Notes: a model not told the origin generated them from the letters alone. A DNA stretch of 64,000 nt from an uncultured Candidatus Rokubacteria bacterium (GCA_963754315.1 CAVWFS010000014.1:223839-287838), one strand, 5' to 3'. Counted from the stretch's first letter, positions 10,836-20,545 are shown. Translations and numbers: made by a program.

Positions 10836-11839
10836 GAGGCGCGCTCGCGCGGATCGATGAAGCCCTGTGCCACGTCCACCAGCAGATTGACCACCATGAA
10901 GATGACCCCAGCCCACACGGTGAAGCCCATCACCGCGTTGTAGTCAGACCGAATGATGGCGTTGACGGCATAGGCCCCGATCCCCGGCCAGTCGAAGACG
11001 GTCTCGGTGACCACCGCCCCCGCCAGAAGGATTCCGAAGAGCAGCCCGATCTGGGTAACCGTCGAGGTGAGCGCGTTGCGCAGGATCAGCTTCCAGACGA
11101 TCACCGAGGACGGCAGCCCCATGGCCCGCTCGTGGAGCACGTAGTTCGACTGCATCACCTCGAGGACGCCCGCGCGCGTGAACCGTACGAGGGTGGCCAA
11201 GGCCGGAACGGCCAGGGTGGCGGCGGGCAGGGCCAGGTGGCGCAAGGCCACCGCGAAGGCCCACCAATCCCAGGTCAGCACGGCGTCGACCAGGTAGAGG
11301 CCAGTGATACCGGGCGGCGGAAACCCCTGAAAGCGGGCGTTGAGGGGCGTCCAGCCGAGCCGCATGGCGAACAGCAGCTGCAGCATGATGCCGAGCCAGA
11401 AGCTGGCGATCGCCAGCCCCGACACGGTGATCACACGCAGCAGGTGATCGAGGAGCGAGTTGCGCCAGAGCGCCGCGATCACGCCGAGCGGGATACCGAC
11501 GACGATGGACACGGCCATCGCGACGAGAGTCAGCTCGATCGTCGCCGGCAATCGGCTGGCCAGATCGTCCACGATCGGGCGCGTGGTGAAGAGGCTGGTG
11601 CCCATATCGCCGCGCAGGAGGCGGCCGACATAGGTGACGAACTGAACGGGGAGCGGCCGGTCGTATCCGAGCTGGCGGCGGAGCGCTTCGACTTGGGCGG
11701 GAGTGGCCGTGTCTCCCGCCACCAGCGCCACTGGATCGGCGGGGATGATCCGGGAGACGACGAACGTGATGACCAGCAGCCCGAGCAAGGTGGGTAGGAA
11801 CCACGCCGCCCGGCGGAGGACGAGGGCGACGAGCCTCAT
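10832..11839 (-). CDS. Peptide ABC transporter permease (DppB-like)
   Basis: PATIEL, ETVFDWPGIG, NLLVD...DPR. Confidence 0.92.
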   Translation of the reverse strand: MRLVALVLRRAAWFLPTLLGLLVITFVVSRIIPADPVALVAGDTATPAQVEALRRQLGYDRPLPVQFVTYVGRLLRGDMGTSLFTTRPIVDDLASRLPATIELTLVAMAVSIVVGIPLGVIAALWRNSLLDHLLRVITVSGLAIASFWLGIMLQLLFAMRLGWTPLNARFQGFPPPGITGLYLVDAVLTWDWWAFAVALRHLALPAATLAVPALATLVRFTRAGVLEVMQSNYVLHERAMGLPSSVIVWKLILRNALTSTVTQIGLLFGILLAGAVVTETVFDWPGIGAYAVNAIIRSDYNAVMGFTVWAGVIFMVVNLLVDVAQGFIDPRERAS

Positions 11840-11857
11840 TGCCGCCCCCGTCCCGGA

Positions 11858-11904
11858 CGCCTACTGCGCGTAGTAAACCTGCCGCCTACTGGGCGTAGTA
11901 GACC
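11858..11904. repeat. Imperfect tandem duplication (25-bp period) of the last codons and stop of the SBP gene
   Basis: cgcctactgcgcgtagtaaacc (11858) vs cgcctactgggcgtagtagacc (11883). Confidence 0.8.
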
Positions 11905-13478
11905 CAGCGCATCTCCTGCCCGTTGCCGATGGGGCTGAAGCGGATGCCCTCGAGGCTCTTGGCCCACGGACCGAAGTACTTCGTGTTGTAGATCCACACG
12001 CCGGCCGCCTCGTCCACCACGATGCGGGCGGCGTCCTGATAGGCCTTCTCGCGCACCTTGCGGTCCGTCGACTTCAGCGCGAGATCCAAGAACTCGTCCA
12101 CCTTGACGTTCTTGTAGAAGCTCGAGGCCTTGAAGGTGCCCCACTGCCCGGAGTGGAACATCTCGCCAATCCAGTTGTTGGGATCGGCGTAGTAGGTGCT
12201 GATCCAGTACACGACCATGTCGGGCGAGGTCTCGGGCTTCTTCATCCGCTCGACCATGGCCGGCCACAGCTCGCTGGTGAGCTTGGTCTCGATGCCGGCC
12301 TTGCGCAGACCGTTGGCCATGACCGTGGCTGCCTGCTCCGTCTGGCTGAACCCGGTGAGATAGCCGACGATGAGGGGACGGTCGACTTTCACCTTGGCCT
12401 TGGCCAGCTCGCCCTTGGCCTTCTCGATGTCGTAGGTGTAGCCCTTCACGTCCTTGGGAATGCCCCACAGGTTGTTGGGAATGGGCACCGGGTTGCGCTC
12501 CACGGAACCGCCCAGGATCTCCTTGTTGAAGCCGTCGTAGTCGAAGGCATAGCTGATGGCGCGCCGCACGTGAACGTCATTCATGGGCGGCCGCTGGTTG
12601 TTGATCTGGAACATCATGATGCGCATCGACTCTTGCTCGAGGATCTTGACGTTGGCTGCCTCGCGCAGGCGCTTGACCTGATCGTTGGGCAGGTAGCCGC
12701 CCGTGCCCTGATAGTCGCCCTTGATCATGCCGAGCACGCGCGTGTTGTCCTCCTTCACCAGCCGGAACTCGATCTCCTCGATGTGCTTGGCCCCCCACGG
12801 CATGAAGTGGCCGGGGAAGCGCTTGGCGATGAAGCCGATGGCCGGATCGTAGCGAGTCAGCATGTAGGAGCCCGAGCCGGCCTCGTTGCTGGTCAGCCAG
12901 GCCGCGCCCCAGTCGTTGTCCTTCTCGTGCTTCTTGAGGAGCGCCGAGTTGACCACGTGCACTTCCGGCACCACGGCCATGAAGATCGAGACGGGCTTCA
13001 TCAACGTGAACTGCACGGTCGAGCGATCGACGGCTTTGGTGGAGCCCGGCGCCACCATGGTGGCGAAGAGCGACGCCGCGCCCTTCTTGAGGGCCAGGAT
13101 GCGCTCGATGCTGTAGCGTACGTCCTCGGCGGTGACCTCGGTCCCGTCGTGGAACTTGGCGCCCCGGCGCAGCTTGAACGTGTAGGTCAGCCCGTCGGGA
13201 GACACCGTGTGGCTCTCGGCCAGCCACGGCTGGAGCACGGGCGGGTTGTCGAGCCAGCGGTAGAGACCATCGTAGAGGTTGAGCCGGACCGCCACCCGTC
13301 CCACGTCGAAGGCGGCGTGAGGATCCATGGTGTCGTAGGGACTCTCGTTGGCAAACACGAACCGCGTCGGCGCCTGCGCCGGCGCCGGCACGCTCAGGGC
13401 AAGCCCCAGCACGATCACGCTTGCCGCCGCCAGCCAGGCTCGGCTCGTTGTGATGAATCGAACCCACGTCCGCCTCAT
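11886..13478 (-). CDS. Peptide ABC transporter substrate-binding protein (family 5)
   Basis: Signal peptide; LAESHTVSPDGLTYTFKLRRGAKFHDG family-5 signature; AGGAGG SD before ATG 13478. Confidence 0.92.
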   Translation of the reverse strand: MRRTWVRFITTSRAWLAAASVIVLGLALSVPAPAQAPTRFVFANESPYDTMDPHAAFDVGRVAVRLNLYDGLYRWLDNPPVLQPWLAESHTVSPDGLTYTFKLRRGAKFHDGTEVTAEDVRYSIERILALKKGAASLFATMVAPGSTKAVDRSTVQFTLMKPVSIFMAVVPEVHVVNSALLKKHEKDNDWGAAWLTSNEAGSGSYMLTRYDPAIGFIAKRFPGHFMPWGAKHIEEIEFRLVKEDNTRVLGMIKGDYQGTGGYLPNDQVKRLREAANVKILEQESMRIMMFQINNQRPPMNDVHVRRAISYAFDYDGFNKEILGGSVERNPVPIPNNLWGIPKDVKGYTYDIEKAKGELAKAKVKVDRPLIVGYLTGFSQTEQAATVMANGLRKAGIETKLTSELWPAMVERMKKPETSPDMVVYWISTYYADPNNWIGEMFHSGQWGTFKASSFYKNVKVDEFLDLALKSTDRKVREKAYQDAARIVVDEAAGVWIYNTKYFGPWAKSLEGIRFSPIGNGQEMRWVYYAQ

Positions 13479-16400
13479 GTCGACCCTCCTGGGAGTGTAG
13501 TGAGCATATCGGCGACGACCCGGCGGTGCCAGGACATTTCCATCTCCTCGAAGAGCTTGTCCGCCCGGTCCAGGAGCCTTCGCGCACCCTCGTCCTCGTT
13601 GCGAGCGCGAAGGAGGCGAGCATGGCTCACGAAGCTGATCGCCGCCTGCGGCCGCATCCCCTTGTCGAGCTGGAGGCGAATCGCTGACTCGACGTTCCGC
13701 TCGGCCTCCGCGAGCCGTCTCGGGTCCTTGCGGAAGAGCGCGTCGCCGTAGCACCGAGCAGCCCGGCTCTCGCCGTAGGCATCGCTGCCCGGTGACGAGA
13801 GCGTCAGCGCCCGCGAAGCGGCATCCAGGGCCTGGTCAACCTGTCCCTGGCTCAGGTACGCGTCGCTGAGCCAGCAGAGGGCCCAGCTCAGAAGGTATGT
13901 GGTCCCGAGCTGGCCGGCCTGCCCGATACTCTTCTCGATCGTGGCGATTCCTGGCTGCGCCTCGCCGAGCCTGACCAAGCCGTAGCCCAGGACGGCGTTG
14001 AGAACATAGACGCGGAAGAGGTCCCCGAGGCGCTCGGCGATCTCCAGACCCGCCCGGGCGCTCTCGACGAGCCGGTCCCACCTGCCCTGTTGTTCGGAGA
14101 CGATGGCCTGGTAGTAGAGGTTGGCCGCCTCGGCCGGCAAGTTCTGGCTCTCCCGCGCGAGGGTGAGACCTTGCTCGCTGAACTTGAGCGCCCGGTCGAA
14201 CTCGCCGATCGCAGCCAGGGAGACGCCGAGGATGCTGCTGGCCGTGGCGAGCTCGCTCCGGTTGCCCAGCCGTTCCAGGATCTCCACGCAGCGCTGCAGC
14301 ATCGCACTGCCTTTGACGTAGTCTCCGATCACGGTGTAGATCCGGCCGAGCAAGTTCGATGGCCACACGATCAGGCTCTCGTCCCGGAGCGACTCGGCCA
14401 CGGCCAGGCTCTTCTCCGCGAATTCCACCGCGCTGCCGAGCTGGCCTCTCACGTAGTGGGTCCGGGCGATCCAGTACAGCACCTGCGCCGTACGGGTCTC
14501 ATCCGCGAGGTCAATGGCCAGGGTCAGGGCGTGCTCGAGATTGGCGAGATCTTGCTGGAAGTGCTCGCGGGTGGAGGCGACGCTGGCCAGCTTGACCATT
14601 GCATCGATCTGCGCGCTCTGACTCTCGGCCGAGGCCGGCGGCTTCCGGGCCAGCTCGAGGGCCTGATTGTAGTAGGTCCGAGCTTCGGCGTTGGCGTAGA
14701 GCCGAGCAGCACTCTCGCCGGCCAGCAGAGCGTACGCGATGCCTCGGGCGGGCTTGTCGCTGCGGGCGTGATGGTAGGCGATGATGCCGGCCTGTTCCTC
14801 CAGCCGGTCGCCGTACAGCTCTTCGAGAGCGCGACCGATCGTTCCGTGCAGTTGTTGGCGGCGATGGCTGAGGAGGGTCTGGTATGCCACGTCCTGGGTG
14901 AGCGCGTGCTTGAAGATGTACTCCAGCTCCGGGAAGAAGGTCTTCTCGTGGATCAGCTCGAGGTGCTTGAGCGTGTCCAGATAGCGCTCGACTTCCCCCG
15001 TCATCTCGGAGATTCGCGACAGCAGCTGGAACCCGAATTCCCGCCCGATGACCGCCGCCGTCTGGACGATGCGCTTGACCGGCTCGTCGAGGCGATCGAT
15101 CCGTGCTCGGATGATGTCCTGGACGCTTGCTGGCACCTCGACGGTCACGTCGGCGGCCCATCGCGTGCTGCCTTCGTCGTGCACGAGGACATCGCGCTCC
15201 AAGAGCGACGCGGTGATCTCCTCGACGAACAGCGGATTGCCTTCCGCCTTCTCCTGGATAATCCGACAGAAATCACTGGGCGCCTCGCGCCCACCCAGGA
15301 TCGCCGTCACCATGGCCGTCGCCTCGGGCTCGGTCAGCACGTCGAGGGCAACCTGCGTATAGAAGGTCTTGTCCGCCCACCGAACGGCGTATCCGGGACG
15401 GTGGGTCGTGATCAGCAGGACCGGGACCGCCGCCAGGCTTTCGACGGCGAAGGCCAGGTAGTCCTCCGACGTCTTGTCGATCCAGTGCAGGTCCTCCACC
15501 ACGACAACCTGCAGCCGCCGCCGAGCTGCCGCGAAGGTCAGCGCTCGGATGGCCTCGAAGGTCTTCTGGCGGCGATCCTTTGGGTCGAGGTCCTTCAAGG
15601 CCTCGGTGTCCGCAGGAACGCCGAACAGGGTGCCCAAGAATGGCACGACGGGCTCCAGGCCGGGATCGATCTGCCGCATCCCCTCCCGGAGCTTTGCGGC
15701 TACCTGGAGGGGGTTGTCACCTTCCTCGATTTGAAAGCTCGCGCGCAAGATCTCCTGCACGGCCAGGTAGGGAGTGCTCTGTGCGTAGGGGAGGCAACGG
15801 CCCTCGAGCCAGGTGACCCGCTCGCCCTCGAGCGAGCGCCGAAACTCGTAGAGCAGGCGCGACTTGCCGATCCCCGGTTCGCCCACGATGGCCACCACTT
15901 GGCCGCGGCCTTCCTTGGCGCGTGCGAGGCGGTCGTGGAGCAGGCTGAGCTCGCGCTCGCGACCCGCCAGCCGCGTGAGGCCCCGCTCCGCGGCGAGCTC
16001 CATCCGCGTCCTTGCCCGCTTACGACCAATCACCCGGTAGGCGGCGACCGGCTCGCTGCGTCCCTTCACCTGCAGGAAGCCGACTGGGTAGCTCCGAACG
16101 TATCCTTCGACGAGCCGGTGGGTGGGAGCGGTGAGGATGATCGAGCCCGGTTCGGCCTGCGCCTGCATGCGCGCCGCCAGATTGGTGGTGTCTCCGACGG
16201 CCGTGTAGTCCATGCGCAGATCGTCGCCGATCCGGCCGACCACCACCGGCCCCGTGTTGAGGCCCATTCGAAGGCGGAGCTCCAGTCCCTTCTCGCGCCG
16301 CAGCTGTTCGCTGAATCCACTGATGGTCTCCCGGATGGCCAAAGCGGCTTGCACGGCCCGCAACGCGTGTTCCTCGACGGCTACCGGCGCCCCGAAGAGC

Positions 16401-16831
16401 GCCATCAACCCGTCGCCCAGGAATTGGTTGACCGTTCCCTCGTAACGATGGACGGTCTCGGCCATGAGCGTCAGCGCCTGATCCACGAGCTGGTACATCG
16501 GCTCCGGACCCAGGCGCTCGGCCAGATCCGATGAGTCGACGATGTCGCAGAAGAGAACGGTGACCTGCTTACGCTCTCCCTCGAGGGCTCCGCGTGAGGT
16601 CAGGATCCGTTCAGCGAGATGTCGGGGCGTGTACGAGCGCGGAGGCGGCTTCGGCGACTCGGGGGGGCCCTCTGGCGCGACGGTCAGGCGATGGCCACAG
16701 CTCGGACAGAATCGGGCGCCCGTGCGTTGGCGCTGTCCGCACTGGGGGCAGGTTGCACCAAGCGCTAACCCGCAGGCCTCGCAATACGCGGCCTCCGCCG
16801 GGTTGCCGTGGCCGCATGCGTCGCATCGCAT
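13475..16831 (-). CDS. Double zinc ribbon + class III adenylate/guanylate cyclase + AAA (STAND-type) ATPase + TPR protein
   Basis: Four CxxC pairs; VTVLFCDIVDS, FLGDG, GDTTNLAAR; GEPGIGKS, EDLHW, GNPLF; TPR-like helical tail. Confidence 0.92.
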   Translation of the reverse strand: MRCDACGHGNPAEAAYCEACGLALGATCPQCGQRQRTGARFCPSCGHRLTVAPEGPPESPKPPPRSYTPRHLAERILTSRGALEGERKQVTVLFCDIVDSSDLAERLGPEPMYQLVDQALTLMAETVHRYEGTVNQFLGDGLMALFGAPVAVEEHALRAVQAALAIRETISGFSEQLRREKGLELRLRMGLNTGPVVVGRIGDDLRMDYTAVGDTTNLAARMQAQAEPGSIILTAPTHRLVEGYVRSYPVGFLQVKGRSEPVAAYRVIGRKRARTRMELAAERGLTRLAGRERELSLLHDRLARAKEGRGQVVAIVGEPGIGKSRLLYEFRRSLEGERVTWLEGRCLPYAQSTPYLAVQEILRASFQIEEGDNPLQVAAKLREGMRQIDPGLEPVVPFLGTLFGVPADTEALKDLDPKDRRQKTFEAIRALTFAAARRRLQVVVVEDLHWIDKTSEDYLAFAVESLAAVPVLLITTHRPGYAVRWADKTFYTQVALDVLTEPEATAMVTAILGGREAPSDFCRIIQEKAEGNPLFVEEITASLLERDVLVHDEGSTRWAADVTVEVPASVQDIIRARIDRLDEPVKRIVQTAAVIGREFGFQLLSRISEMTGEVERYLDTLKHLELIHEKTFFPELEYIFKHALTQDVAYQTLLSHRRQQLHGTIGRALEELYGDRLEEQAGIIAYHHARSDKPARGIAYALLAGESAARLYANAEARTYYNQALELARKPPASAESQSAQIDAMVKLASVASTREHFQQDLANLEHALTLAIDLADETRTAQVLYWIARTHYVRGQLGSAVEFAEKSLAVAESLRDESLIVWPSNLLGRIYTVIGDYVKGSAMLQRCVEILERLGNRSELATASSILGVSLAAIGEFDRALKFSEQGLTLARESQNLPAEAANLYYQAIVSEQQGRWDRLVESARAGLEIAERLGDLFRVYVLNAVLGYGLVRLGEAQPGIATIEKSIGQAGQLGTTYLLSWALCWLSDAYLSQGQVDQALDAASRALTLSSPGSDAYGESRAARCYGDALFRKDPRRLAEAERNVESAIRLQLDKGMRPQAAISFVSHARLLRARNEDEGARRLLDRADKLFEEMEMSWHRRVVADMLTTLPGGST

Positions 16832-16889
16832 CGACGTTTCTCAGCGCTCCATCGGGGCCCAAGCATACACCCGCGTCCGATTCGCTGGC

Positions 16890-17291
16890 CTAACGCCGGG
16901 CATCCTGGGTGCGCACGTGAGGGTAAGCGAGAATCCGGTCGTCGGCGGTCACCAGGGTCAATCCGTGCCGACGCGTTGCCGCCACCAGCAGCCGAGCGGC
17001 GGGGTCCCGGTGGAACGAACCGGGTAGGGCATAGGCTTCCGTGGCCACCTCGTGGCTCAGCGAAACGGTCTGGGCCGACAACTCGCTCATCGACTGCGCG
17101 AGCCACTCGGCCAGCGGTATCGACAGTCGGATGTCACCGACAGAGATCAGACGGGCGATCTCCAAGGTGGAGATGGGGCACACCCAGTTCTCGTGCGCTT
17201 CGCCGACCAAGAGCCGTCTCGTGCGGGGCCCGAGCCGCTCGGGCTGCTCTTGCGTCCAGACCCACACGTGAGTGTCGAGGAGCACCCTCAC
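16890..17291 (-). CDS. vapC: Type II TA toxin, PIN domain (VapC)
   Basis: LLDTHVWVW, ISTLEI, HRDP, LVTAD. Confidence 0.88.
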   Translation of the reverse strand: MRVLLDTHVWVWTQEQPERLGPRTRRLLVGEAHENWVCPISTLEIARLISVGDIRLSIPLAEWLAQSMSELSAQTVSLSHEVATEAYALPGSFHRDPAARLLVAATRRHGLTLVTADDRILAYPHVRTQDARR

Positions 17292-17521
17292 CGCAGCATG
17301 GCCCAGTCGGCGCCGGTGTCGATCTTGATGAGATCACCGCGGATTCGCATGCGCCCGCGGAGACCCCCCAGACGCTTGCCGGGGCCTCGCGATTCGACGG
17401 ACTGGACGGTGGCCAGAGGCTTTCCGCGCAGCGTGATCAACATCGGCTCCCGCGTGCGCTGGACCTCTTTGAGGGTCGCCAGGCATTTCGCCTTGAACTC
17501 CGACACGGCCATCGTCTTCAT
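17288..17521 (-). CDS. Type II TA antitoxin, Phd/YefM family
   Basis: MAVSEFKAKCLATLKEV...ITLRGKPLA; GTGA overlap with toxin. Confidence 0.88.
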   Translation of the reverse strand: MKTMAVSEFKAKCLATLKEVQRTREPMLITLRGKPLATVQSVESRGPGKRLGGLRGRMRIRGDLIKIDTGADWAMLR

Positions 17522-17536
17522 GGGCGAATATGAACA

Positions 17537-17555
17537 TGACCAACTGCTATGGTCA
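17537..17555. promoter_or_regulatory. Inverted repeat, probable autoregulatory operator of the Phd-VapC module
   Basis: TGACCA-N7-TGGTCA immediately upstream of the antitoxin start. Confidence 0.6.
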
Positions 17556-17578
17556 AGTCGAACGAGAGGCCGAAGCGT

Positions 17579-19390
17579 CTAGGAGACCGCGGGAGGACCG
17601 AAGTAACCGTTGCGGTGGAACATGCGGAGGGCGGCGCGGGGCTCGGCGCGGCGGCGGGCGGTAAGGTCAAGGTCGACGAGGCCGGTCGTCTCGTCAAGGA
17701 CGACGCCGTAGTCTTCAGCGGCGGCGCGGCCGGAGACGAAGCCACCGAGCACGTCCTGGCGTACGCGCTCCACCGGCCGCCGAAAGGGGTCACCCCAGCC
17801 CCCTCCCCCACTCGTGTGCAGGCGCACCACGTCGCCCTTCCTGATCACGTTGCCGTCCGACATGGGAGCCAGCGCGCGCTCGTCGGCACGCCCGGGGTTG
17901 ACGAGGCAGCGTCCCGGCCGCCCCGCGTGGCCGCCATTGACGCCGGCGGGCGGAAAGAGGATGTTGTCCTGCCGGATGGCGACGACCGCCTCGTCGGCCA
18001 GCAGCTCGATTTCGCGCACGACCCCACAACCGCCGCGGTAGAGCCCAGGGCCTCCGGAGTCCTGATGGAGGGCGTACTGTCGAAGACGCATGGGAAAGAC
18101 CATCTCCATGAACTCCGCCGGGTAATTCTTCTGGGCCACGTAGTAGATCGCGTCAAGGCCGTCGGCGAAGGGTCGGGCGCCGTAGCCGACCGCCACCCCG
18201 TCGCTGCACAGGAAGGGCTCGTTGCGCGCCTGGTCGAAGCCGCGCAGGAAGTAGATGTTGTACACCGAGCTGGGCGCCGGCGCCTGTCCGCCGGTGGCGA
18301 GCGCGAGGACGGCCAGGATGTTCGACTGCACCCGCGAGGCCGTGTGCATGCGGTTGCCAAGCGCCGCCGGCCAGTGCGGTCGCAGGATGCTTCCCGGGCG
18401 CACCAGCACCTCGTCCACGGCGTCTTGGGCGCCGTCGTTGAGGAGTACGGTGGGGTGTCCCGAGAGCAGGTAAATGCCGATGATGAGCTTGGGCACGCTC
18501 TCGTGCATGAGGAAATTGATGGGGCCCCGCGCCTGGTCGTCGCTCTTGCGGGTATCGATGGTGATCCGGCCGCCCTCCTTCGCGAGCTGCATGCGCACCT
18601 TGTACGGCCGACCCGTCATGCCGTCGCCGTCTACCGCGTCCTCGCTGGCGTAGACCCCGTCGGGGATGCGCGCCTCCAAGGTCTTTCGAATGGTATCGCG
18701 GCACTGCTGCTCGAAAGCCGTCCAGGTATCGAGCACGACCTCCGCTCCGAAGCGCTCGAGCAACTCCTGCACGCGCCGCTCGCCGAGCCGGCACCCGGCG
18801 AGTACCGCGCGGATGTCGCCCTGCAGGATGTCCGGGAATCGGGAGTTGCGGACGAACACGCGGAAGGCCTCGTCGTTGAGCACGCCCTCGCGGTAGATGC
18901 GAATGGGCGGCACGATGATCCCTTCGTGGAAAATCTCGGTGGCGTCAGGGGAAATGCTGCCCGCGCGCAGCCCTCCGATGTCCCAAAAGTGGCCCCACGT
19001 CTGGGAGAACGCCAGAAGTCGGCCGCGGTGGAACACGGGGGCCGCGAAGACCATGTCCGGCGAGTGCGAGACGCCGCCGCGCGAGCCGTGACAGTCGTTG
19101 TACCAGTAGATATCGCCCGCGCGCATCGTCTTGGCCGGATACTGCTCGAAGATGGCCGGCATCAGGTTGCCGAAGAGCGGGATCATCGTTCCGCACACCA
19201 CCCGCCCCCGCCCGTCGAGGATGCCCGCGAAGTAGTCCTTCTTTTCCCGGATGAAGGGCGACATGGCCGTGCGCTCGATCACCGCTTCCATCTCGGCCTG
19301 GGCCGCCCGCAGCGCCCCCCGGATGATCTCGCGCGTGACCGGATCGCCCTCCACGATCCGCTCCTTCGCCCCCCGTCTGCGTCTCTTCAC
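17579..19390 (-). CDS. Hydantoinase B / 5-oxoprolinase beta subunit
   Basis: ERTAMSPFIREKKD, HSPD, HFWDIGG, DSGGPGLYRGG, GGGGWGDP. Confidence 0.92.
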   Translation of the reverse strand: MKRRRRGAKERIVEGDPVTREIIRGALRAAQAEMEAVIERTAMSPFIREKKDYFAGILDGRGRVVCGTMIPLFGNLMPAIFEQYPAKTMRAGDIYWYNDCHGSRGGVSHSPDMVFAAPVFHRGRLLAFSQTWGHFWDIGGLRAGSISPDATEIFHEGIIVPPIRIYREGVLNDEAFRVFVRNSRFPDILQGDIRAVLAGCRLGERRVQELLERFGAEVVLDTWTAFEQQCRDTIRKTLEARIPDGVYASEDAVDGDGMTGRPYKVRMQLAKEGGRITIDTRKSDDQARGPINFLMHESVPKLIIGIYLLSGHPTVLLNDGAQDAVDEVLVRPGSILRPHWPAALGNRMHTASRVQSNILAVLALATGGQAPAPSSVYNIYFLRGFDQARNEPFLCSDGVAVGYGARPFADGLDAIYYVAQKNYPAEFMEMVFPMRLRQYALHQDSGGPGLYRGGCGVVREIELLADEAVVAIRQDNILFPPAGVNGGHAGRPGRCLVNPGRADERALAPMSDGNVIRKGDVVRLHTSGGGGWGDPFRRPVERVRQDVLGGFVSGRAAAEDYGVVLDETTGLVDLDLTARRRAEPRAALRMFHRNGYFGPPAVS

Positions 19391-19400
19391 GAGGCCTCGT

Positions 19401-20392
19401 CTATTCGATGACCTTGTCCGCCTGCAGCAACAGGGTCTGAGGAATGCTCAATCCGAGCGCCTTCGCCGTCCTCAGGTTGATGGCGAGCTCGAACTTGGTC
19501 GGTTGCTGAACTGGGAGATCGGCTGGGGTGGCGCCCTTGAGGATCCGGTCGACATAGCTGGCAGCACGGCGATAGTTCTCAGCGAAGCCCGGCCCGTAGG
19601 CGAGGAGGCCACCGATCTCGGCGAACTCCTTCCTGATATACATGGCCGGCACGCGACTCTTGGCCGCCAGCCTGGAAATTTGATCGAGTTCGTTGCCGAT
19701 CATCGGGTCGGGCAGGACGAGGAGCCCCCGGCGCGCCACCCCGCCAGCGCCGAAAAAGCGCCCGCCAATTCGTTCGGCTGGCGCACTTCCAGGAGTTGCA
19801 GCTCCAGGGCCAGGGCCCTGGCCGCCTCGCGCGCTGCCTGGAGCGCGTCTGCAGCCGCCGGATTCACCGGGTTGTACATGATCGTGACGCGCGAGAGCTT
19901 TGGCACCGCCGCCTTGAGTAGCTCGAGCTGTTTCGCGCTCAGCTCGGGAGTAATGATGGACATCCCCGTCGCATTCCCGCCCGGACGGGCGAGGCTGGCC
20001 ACGAGTCCACTCGTCACCGGGTCGCCTGCCGTCGCGAACACGATCGGCACCGTCGCCGTTTGCGCCTTGGCCACCTGCGCCGAGGTCGTTCCGCCGACCA
20101 CCAGGATCTCCGCTTTGAGCCGGATGAGCTCGGCCGCGAAGCCCGAGACCCGGTCCAGATCCCCTTGCACATGGCGATACTCGACGACGATGCTCTGGCC
20201 CTCGACGTACCCGAGGTCGCGAAGTCCCTGACGGAATGCCACCACGAAGGGATGAGCCGCGGAAAACTCGCTGATCATTCCGATCCGCGGGACTCTTCCC
20301 GCCGGCTGTGCCACGGCGCCATGCGCAACGACGAGGACCGCCAAAGCCACGAGAACGATCCGGACCGCGATGCCCCTCTGCCACGCCTTCAT
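19401..20392 (-). CDS. ABC_sub_bind-type substrate-binding protein; frameshift near 19728
   Basis: Signal peptide MKAWQ...AVAQ; FRQGLRDLGYVEG, GLVASLARPGGNATG; C-term LPVQQPTKFELAINLRTAKALGL in the neighbouring frame. Confidence 0.85.
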
Positions 20393-20395
20393 TCT

Positions 20396-20545
20396 CGGGT
20401 CCCCCGGCGCGCCCCGAGCGCCCGGCGGCGTGGGCGGCCTGTTCGGGACCCCAAAATGCTCGCGTGTTCCCGAGGGGCGCCACGGGTTCCCCGGGGCGAC
20501 CCGAGCGCCGGGGGCGTGGGGGGCCTGTTCGGGGCCCCCCAATAA
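20396..20545. repeat. Two imperfect copies (~87-bp period) of a GC-rich palindromic REP-like element
   Basis: cgggtcccccggcgcgccccgagcgcccggcggcgtgggcggcctgttcgggacccc and cgggttccccggggcgacccgagcgccgggggcgtggggggcctgttcggggcccccc; internal hairpins such as ggggggcc...ggcccccc. Confidence 0.75.

Noticed and set aside
13475..17521. Cyclase + PIN toxin as a Pycsar/CBASS-like anti-phage system
   Set aside because: The PIN gene has its own Phd antitoxin and operator, and no cyclic-nucleotide-binding effector is adjacent.
14090..19411. Long + strand ORFs (814 aa, 620 aa) and similar antisense ORFs elsewhere (e.g. 61513..63546)
   Set aside because: Shadow ORFs opposite well-supported genes; no recognisable motifs; expected at high GC.
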